The position numbers and the translations under genes are program-made. DNA of 64,000 nucleotides from an uncultured Verrucomicrobiae bacterium (GTDB lineage: Bacteria > Chlamydiota > Chlamydiia > Chlamydiales > Rhabdochlamydiaceae): contig CAWIWQ010000001.1 in the NCBI GenBank assembly GCA_963839895.1, positions 626,724 to 690,723 on the forward strand. Reading direction: 5' to 3'. This document shows positions 60,480-64,000 of this stretch, in pieces (position 1 is the first letter of the stretch; each line of letters begins with the position of its first letter). The notes under the pieces were generated by a model that had not been told where the DNA came from, searched no databases, and saw only the letters and a program-made list of their open reading frames with translations.

Positions 60480-60977
60480 TTATTTTTTTTCTTTCTTGGG
60501 ATTCAATAAGTCTTTCATATACAGCTCCATTTTGTAGTGGGGCACGGGATGCCAGGTTGCAATAAACTCTCCGATAATTTTAAAGCCTACTTTCTGATAT
60601 ACGTGAATGGCACGTGCATTTGTCGCTTCAGGATCTATTAGAACCCTTTTGACATTTGGAAACTGGCCGATCAAAAATTCCTGGATCATTAGAGCGGCAA
60701 GTCCTTTTCCTAAGTAATCTAATTCACAAATAAACAAATCTAAGGTAATTGCATCTTCTCCTTCGGGTGATGTAATTAGAAACGCAAAAGGAGTATCTTT
60801 ATCATAGCCAATCCAGTAGATAGTGCTGGTTGTTTTTTGAAAGAATCTTTCTATACCATTTAAGGTATTTTGAAGCCCCACTCCGTGAACCCATTCTTTG
60901 ATATGCTTTTGCTCCAACCACCGATGTATGAGTGTCCTTTGAGACAGCTTAGCAGGTGCAAAGTGCAGTTTAACCAT
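60480..60977 (-). CDS. GNAT family N-acetyltransferase (AAC(6')/Acetyltransf_8-like)
   Basis: WLEQKHIKEW, DLFICELDYLGKG, IDPEATNARAIHVYQKVGF. Confidence 0.82.
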   Translation of the reverse strand: MVKLHFAPAKLSQRTLIHRWLEQKHIKEWVHGVGLQNTLNGIERFFQKTTSTIYWIGYDKDTPFAFLITSPEGEDAITLDLFICELDYLGKGLAALMIQEFLIGQFPNVKRVLIDPEATNARAIHVYQKVGFKIIGEFIATWHPVPHYKMELYMKDLLNPKKEKK

Positions 60978-61204
60978 TTGAAACAACCGTAAATCCCATT
61001 CTTGTTTGTAACGGAAGCATTCAGCCCACGCCATGTCTAGCAAATATACATAATTCGCCTGTCAAAAATCCAGGCATCTAAACCGTTGCTCCTCATCCCC
61101 TAAAAGTTAGCCGTTAGAATCTTTGATCTCTATATTTCTGACATTTTTCTGACAAATGGGAAATTTAAGAAGGTTGAAGACAACGTAAAGGCTAGATTTA
61201 GAGG

Positions 61205-61246
61205 ATAGCGGCAGTCGGATTTGAACCAACGACCCACGGATTATGA
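61205..61246 (-). repeat. 42-bp perfect direct repeat of tRNA-Met 3' half (att site)
   Basis: Identical to 63019-63060. Confidence 0.9.
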
Positions 61247-61257
61247 AAACCTACTAA

Positions 61258-61458
61258 TTATCTTTTTCGACGGGCTTTCACTTTTTTCTTTTTGGCTTTT
61301 ATAGGCACTAGCTCGTAACGATAGGGAGGCTTTATTTCGACGATTTTGCCATTTCGAGAAAATATAAGGGCTGTACCTGTACGAATGGCTGTTTCGAAAG
61401 CTTTCTGAAAACTTCTCTCGTTAGCTTTTAATATGAGTTCATTCAAATCATTACTCAT
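61258..61458 (-). CDS. Small basic hypothetical protein
   Basis: KAFETAIRTGTALIFSRNGKIVEIKP; start overlaps stop of a 30-codon upstream remnant. Confidence 0.55.
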   Translation of the reverse strand: MSNDLNELILKANERSFQKAFETAIRTGTALIFSRNGKIVEIKPPYRYELVPIKAKKKKVKARRKR

Positions 61459-61627
61459 GGACAATCTCCTCCATTTTTTTCCAAATAGTCTTATCTATGA
61501 TATCTATGGGATTATTTCTGTTCTTTCTAGTGAGCGTTGCCATACTTATTAGCTCAAAACTAAAATGCAAAAAAATAGTTTAATGTAAATTAAATATTTT
61601 TGGGCCGATATTCGGAAACTCAGCAGA

Positions 61628-61703
61628 ACATGTATAGAAAAACGCCAAATTCTATACTTATGGCAGCTGATATGTATAGATATTGGCGGTTTTCTATACA
61701 TGT
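61628..61703. terminator. Long hairpin immediately after Fic stop
   Basis: CATGTATAGAAAAACGCCAA / TTGGCGGTTTTCTATACATG about 20-bp inverted repeat with inner TCTATAC/GTATAGA stem. Confidence 0.6.
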
Positions 61704-61704
61704 C

Positions 61705-62793
61705 TTAAACATATACCAGTCCATTCGCTTTACTCAGTAACGTAAAGAGTTGAACATTAATGTAATAGGTATCTCGCCCATACTTCACTTTGTCCATCAA
61801 ACCGATGCGGGCGAGCTCATCCAGATAACGGGTAGCTGTGATGCGAGTTGTGCCGAGCTCTCTCTCCACGAATGCAATTTTTGTATAAGGATGGCTAAAG
61901 ATAACGTTCAGTAAATCCTGACTGTAAATTTTAGGTAGCTCGCTGCGCATCTTATGTTTGTGGTGCTGCATTAAGCCCCTTATTTCCTGTATCAAGCGTG
62001 TGGTCTGATGCGCAGTCTTCTCTATACCTTCCAACACATAGAGAAGCCAGTCTTCCCATGCCTGATCGGTGCGCACAGTTTGCAGCAATCGGTAATATTC
62101 ACCTTTGTATTGATTAATGTAACGAGAAAGATAAAGCACGGGACTATCCAGTAGGCCACACTTGACAAGGTAAAGAATGTTAATAATGCGTCCTGTTCTA
62201 CCATTGCCGTCATAAAAAGGGTGAATACTCTCAAACTGATGATGGATAATCGCCATTTTGGTAAGTGGGTCAACGTCGCTTAAGGCATCATCGTTAATAA
62301 ATTGTTCCAGGTTGTTCATAAGCGACAGGATCTGTTCTGCATCTTGCGGAGGGGTATATACTATTTCTCCAGTCTGCTGGTTTTTTAGCTCAGTGCCGGG
62401 AAGCCTACGGAAACCTGCGCTATTTTCTTCCAGTATCCCCTGGATCTTTAAAATATTATTATTGATGAGTAGTCCCGTATTTTTTACCTCTTCATACCCG
62501 TCGCGCAACGCCGCAACATAATTGTACACCTCCTTGGACGCTAAGGTGGTAAATTGTTTTGTAAATACATCACTTTTATAAAGTTCGTCATGAGTAGTAA
62601 TGATATTTTCAATTGCAGAACTATCTTTAGCTTCTTGTAGGAAGAGCGTATTAATCAAAATGTTTTGATTGGGAATAATGCCGGTCACCCCTTTCAATTC
62701 CGCAAGTGCTTGATGTGCCCTGGCCAGCTTTTTCAACACAGCCTTTGTCTCTAGTTCAAAGGAAAGTGGCAGTTGTGGAATGACATAACTCAT
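61705..62793 (-). CDS. Fic family protein with Fic_N domain
   Basis: Canonical HPFYDGNGRTGR; inhibitory-type SSAIEN motif; C-terminal HTH-like region. Confidence 0.92.
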   Translation of the reverse strand: MSYVIPQLPLSFELETKAVLKKLARAHQALAELKGVTGIIPNQNILINTLFLQEAKDSSAIENIITTHDELYKSDVFTKQFTTLASKEVYNYVAALRDGYEEVKNTGLLINNNILKIQGILEENSAGFRRLPGTELKNQQTGEIVYTPPQDAEQILSLMNNLEQFINDDALSDVDPLTKMAIIHHQFESIHPFYDGNGRTGRIINILYLVKCGLLDSPVLYLSRYINQYKGEYYRLLQTVRTDQAWEDWLLYVLEGIEKTAHQTTRLIQEIRGLMQHHKHKMRSELPKIYSQDLLNVIFSHPYTKIAFVERELGTTRITATRYLDELARIGLMDKVKYGRDTYYINVQLFTLLSKANGLVYV

Positions 62794-62910
62794 AGTTGTT
62801 CTTCCTGCTATCTTAAATGGCACTGGTCACATTTTAATCTTAACTTGAAAAAAGACTTTTCTTCAAATGTGGAGTGACTTTACGATTTTAAGGTGAATGA
62901 ATTGAAAAGC

Positions 62911-62940
62911 ATAGCGGCAGTCCCGGTTCGCGACACAAGG
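62911..62940 (-). repeat. Degenerate att-like copy
   Basis: TAGCGGCAGTC shared with tRNA 3' end; GTTCGCGACACAA shared with the 59397-59435 copy. Confidence 0.55.
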
Positions 62941-63019
62941 TCGCTCACTTCAAATCCGAACGAAAGCCAAACCTTTGGCTTTCTCTGTCGCTATAGCCCC
63001 ATGGATATCCGTGAGGCTA

Positions 63020-63093
63020 TAGCGGCAGTCGGATTTGAACCAACGACCCACGGATTATGATTCCGTTGCTCTAACCAACTGAGCTATACCGCC
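63020..63093 (-). tRNA. tRNA-Met(CAT), probably elongator
   Basis: GGCGGTATAGCTCAGTTGGTTAGAGC..ATCATAA..GGTTCAAATCC..GCCGCTA cloverleaf; CCA not encoded. Confidence 0.93.
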
Positions 63094-63103
63094 GAAGAAA
63101 AAA

Positions 63104-63176
63104 TAGCGGGGGAAGGATTCGAACCTCCGGCCTTTGGGTTATGAGCCCAACGAGCTAACCACTGCTCCACCCCGCG
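63104..63176 (-). tRNA. tRNA-fMet(CAT) initiator
   Basis: CGCGGGGTGGAGCAG.., GGG-CTCATAA-CCC anticodon arm, unpaired C1. Confidence 0.93.
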
Positions 63177-63194
63177 ATAGGCCTGCAAAAGAAT

Positions 63195-64000
63195 CTAGGA
63201 GTTTATGTTAGAAGAGATTAAACGACAATCTTTTTTAGTAAATAAAGCTGCAAATGTGCGCTCCACAGCTCGAGGAACGCTCTGTGCGAGTCTTTCGCCG
63301 GCTTCAGCATATTTACGATGAAGGGTGGGGTTTTCTAGGAGTTTTTGAAGAATAGAAGGGAGATTTTCCAGAGTAACCGTAAGGCCTGCTTGGGCATCTA
63401 AAATCAATTCTTTGAGTTCAATTTGATTGTGCATGTAGGGGCCGAAAAGAACGGGAACGCCGCAGAGAATGGGTTCAAAAATATTATGACCGCCGATTTG
63501 CGGGCTAAAACTGCCAGCAACTAGGGCTAGATCAGCGATTTGATAGCAGGTATTGAGTTTACCCATTTCATCAATGAGGATTAAGCGGGCATCGTTTGGC
63601 TTATTTTCTGACAGGCGACGGAAGGCCCATCCCCTTTCTTGCAAGAGATGTGCGACTTCGGCAAAGCGTTCCGGATGGCGTGGAACGATTAAGATCTTGA
63701 GTTGGGGAAAAGTTTGCCAAAGAGGTGTAAGGACGGCTAATAGCTTATCTTCTTCAGGAGCGTGGGTAGAACCGATGACGAGGACGCGATCTTGGTCTGT
63801 AATCGAAAGAGAGGCTTTTAAGGCTTGTCGCTGGCTTGAATCTAGAAGTTGGACAGGAGTTTCGAATTTTAGGTTTCCGGTGATACTGAGTTTTTCCAGG
63901 GGAACGCCTAGGGCATGAAATCTTTGTTGGTAAAGATCGTTTTGTACGCAGAGGATGTCAAAATAGGAAAAGAGACGGCGCGCGAAAAACGGTACACATT
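63195..64000 (-). CDS. waaA: Kdo transferase, 5' end outside window
   Basis: Open frame runs to window edge: TGNLKFE, IGSTH.PEE, VPRHPERF, DEMGKL, GGHNIFEP. Confidence 0.92.
   Translation of the reverse strand, partial: CVPFFARRLFSYFDILCVQNDLYQQRFHALGVPLEKLSITGNLKFETPVQLLDSSQRQALKASLSITDQDRVLVIGSTHAPEEDKLLAVLTPLWQTFPQLKILIVPRHPERFAEVAHLLQERGWAFRRLSENKPNDARLILIDEMGKLNTCYQIADLALVAGSFSPQIGGHNIFEPILCGVPVLFGPYMHNQIELKELILDAQAGLTVTLENLPSILQKLLENPTLHRKYAEAGERLAQSVPRAVERTFAALFTKKDCRLISSNINS

Noticed and set aside
1-64000. CRISPR array, rRNA, retron or other reverse transcriptase, prophage structural genes
   Set aside because: No regularly spaced repeats, rRNA-like sequence, RT motifs or phage structural proteins seen

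Overview
AT-rich bacterial window that reads as an environmental Chlamydiae (or similar intracellular symbiont) chromosome segment. This is inferred from the Npt-like transporter, DUF2608 proteins, Legionella-MOMP-like porins, WaaA and many eukaryote-like effector genes. It mixes housekeeping genes (mutM, tpx, malic enzyme, mgtA, IMPDH/GMP reductase, waaA, two tRNA-Met) with two accessory blocks. The first (about 1-16 kb) is rich in candidate host-directed effectors: tandem RING/U-box-like protein, F-box protein, YopT/C58-like protease, duplicated Ser/Thr kinases and a paralog triplet. The second (about 34-63 kb) ends at a tRNA-Met integration hotspot with several att-like copies, an IS701-like element with 157-bp inverted repeats, a Tn3 remnant and decayed toxin-antitoxin modules. 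Best novelty candidates are: a translationally coupled NHLP-leader RiPP precursor plus GRDP/DUF1399-like His-rich protein (44831-45495); a dUMP-hydroxymethylase-like thymidylate synthase next to HAD phosphatases; a pseudoknotted intergenic structured RNA; a type III PKS-methyltransferase cluster; and an HGT-motif plus HD/SidE-PDE-like protein. All family calls come from motif reading by eye; no database searches were run.
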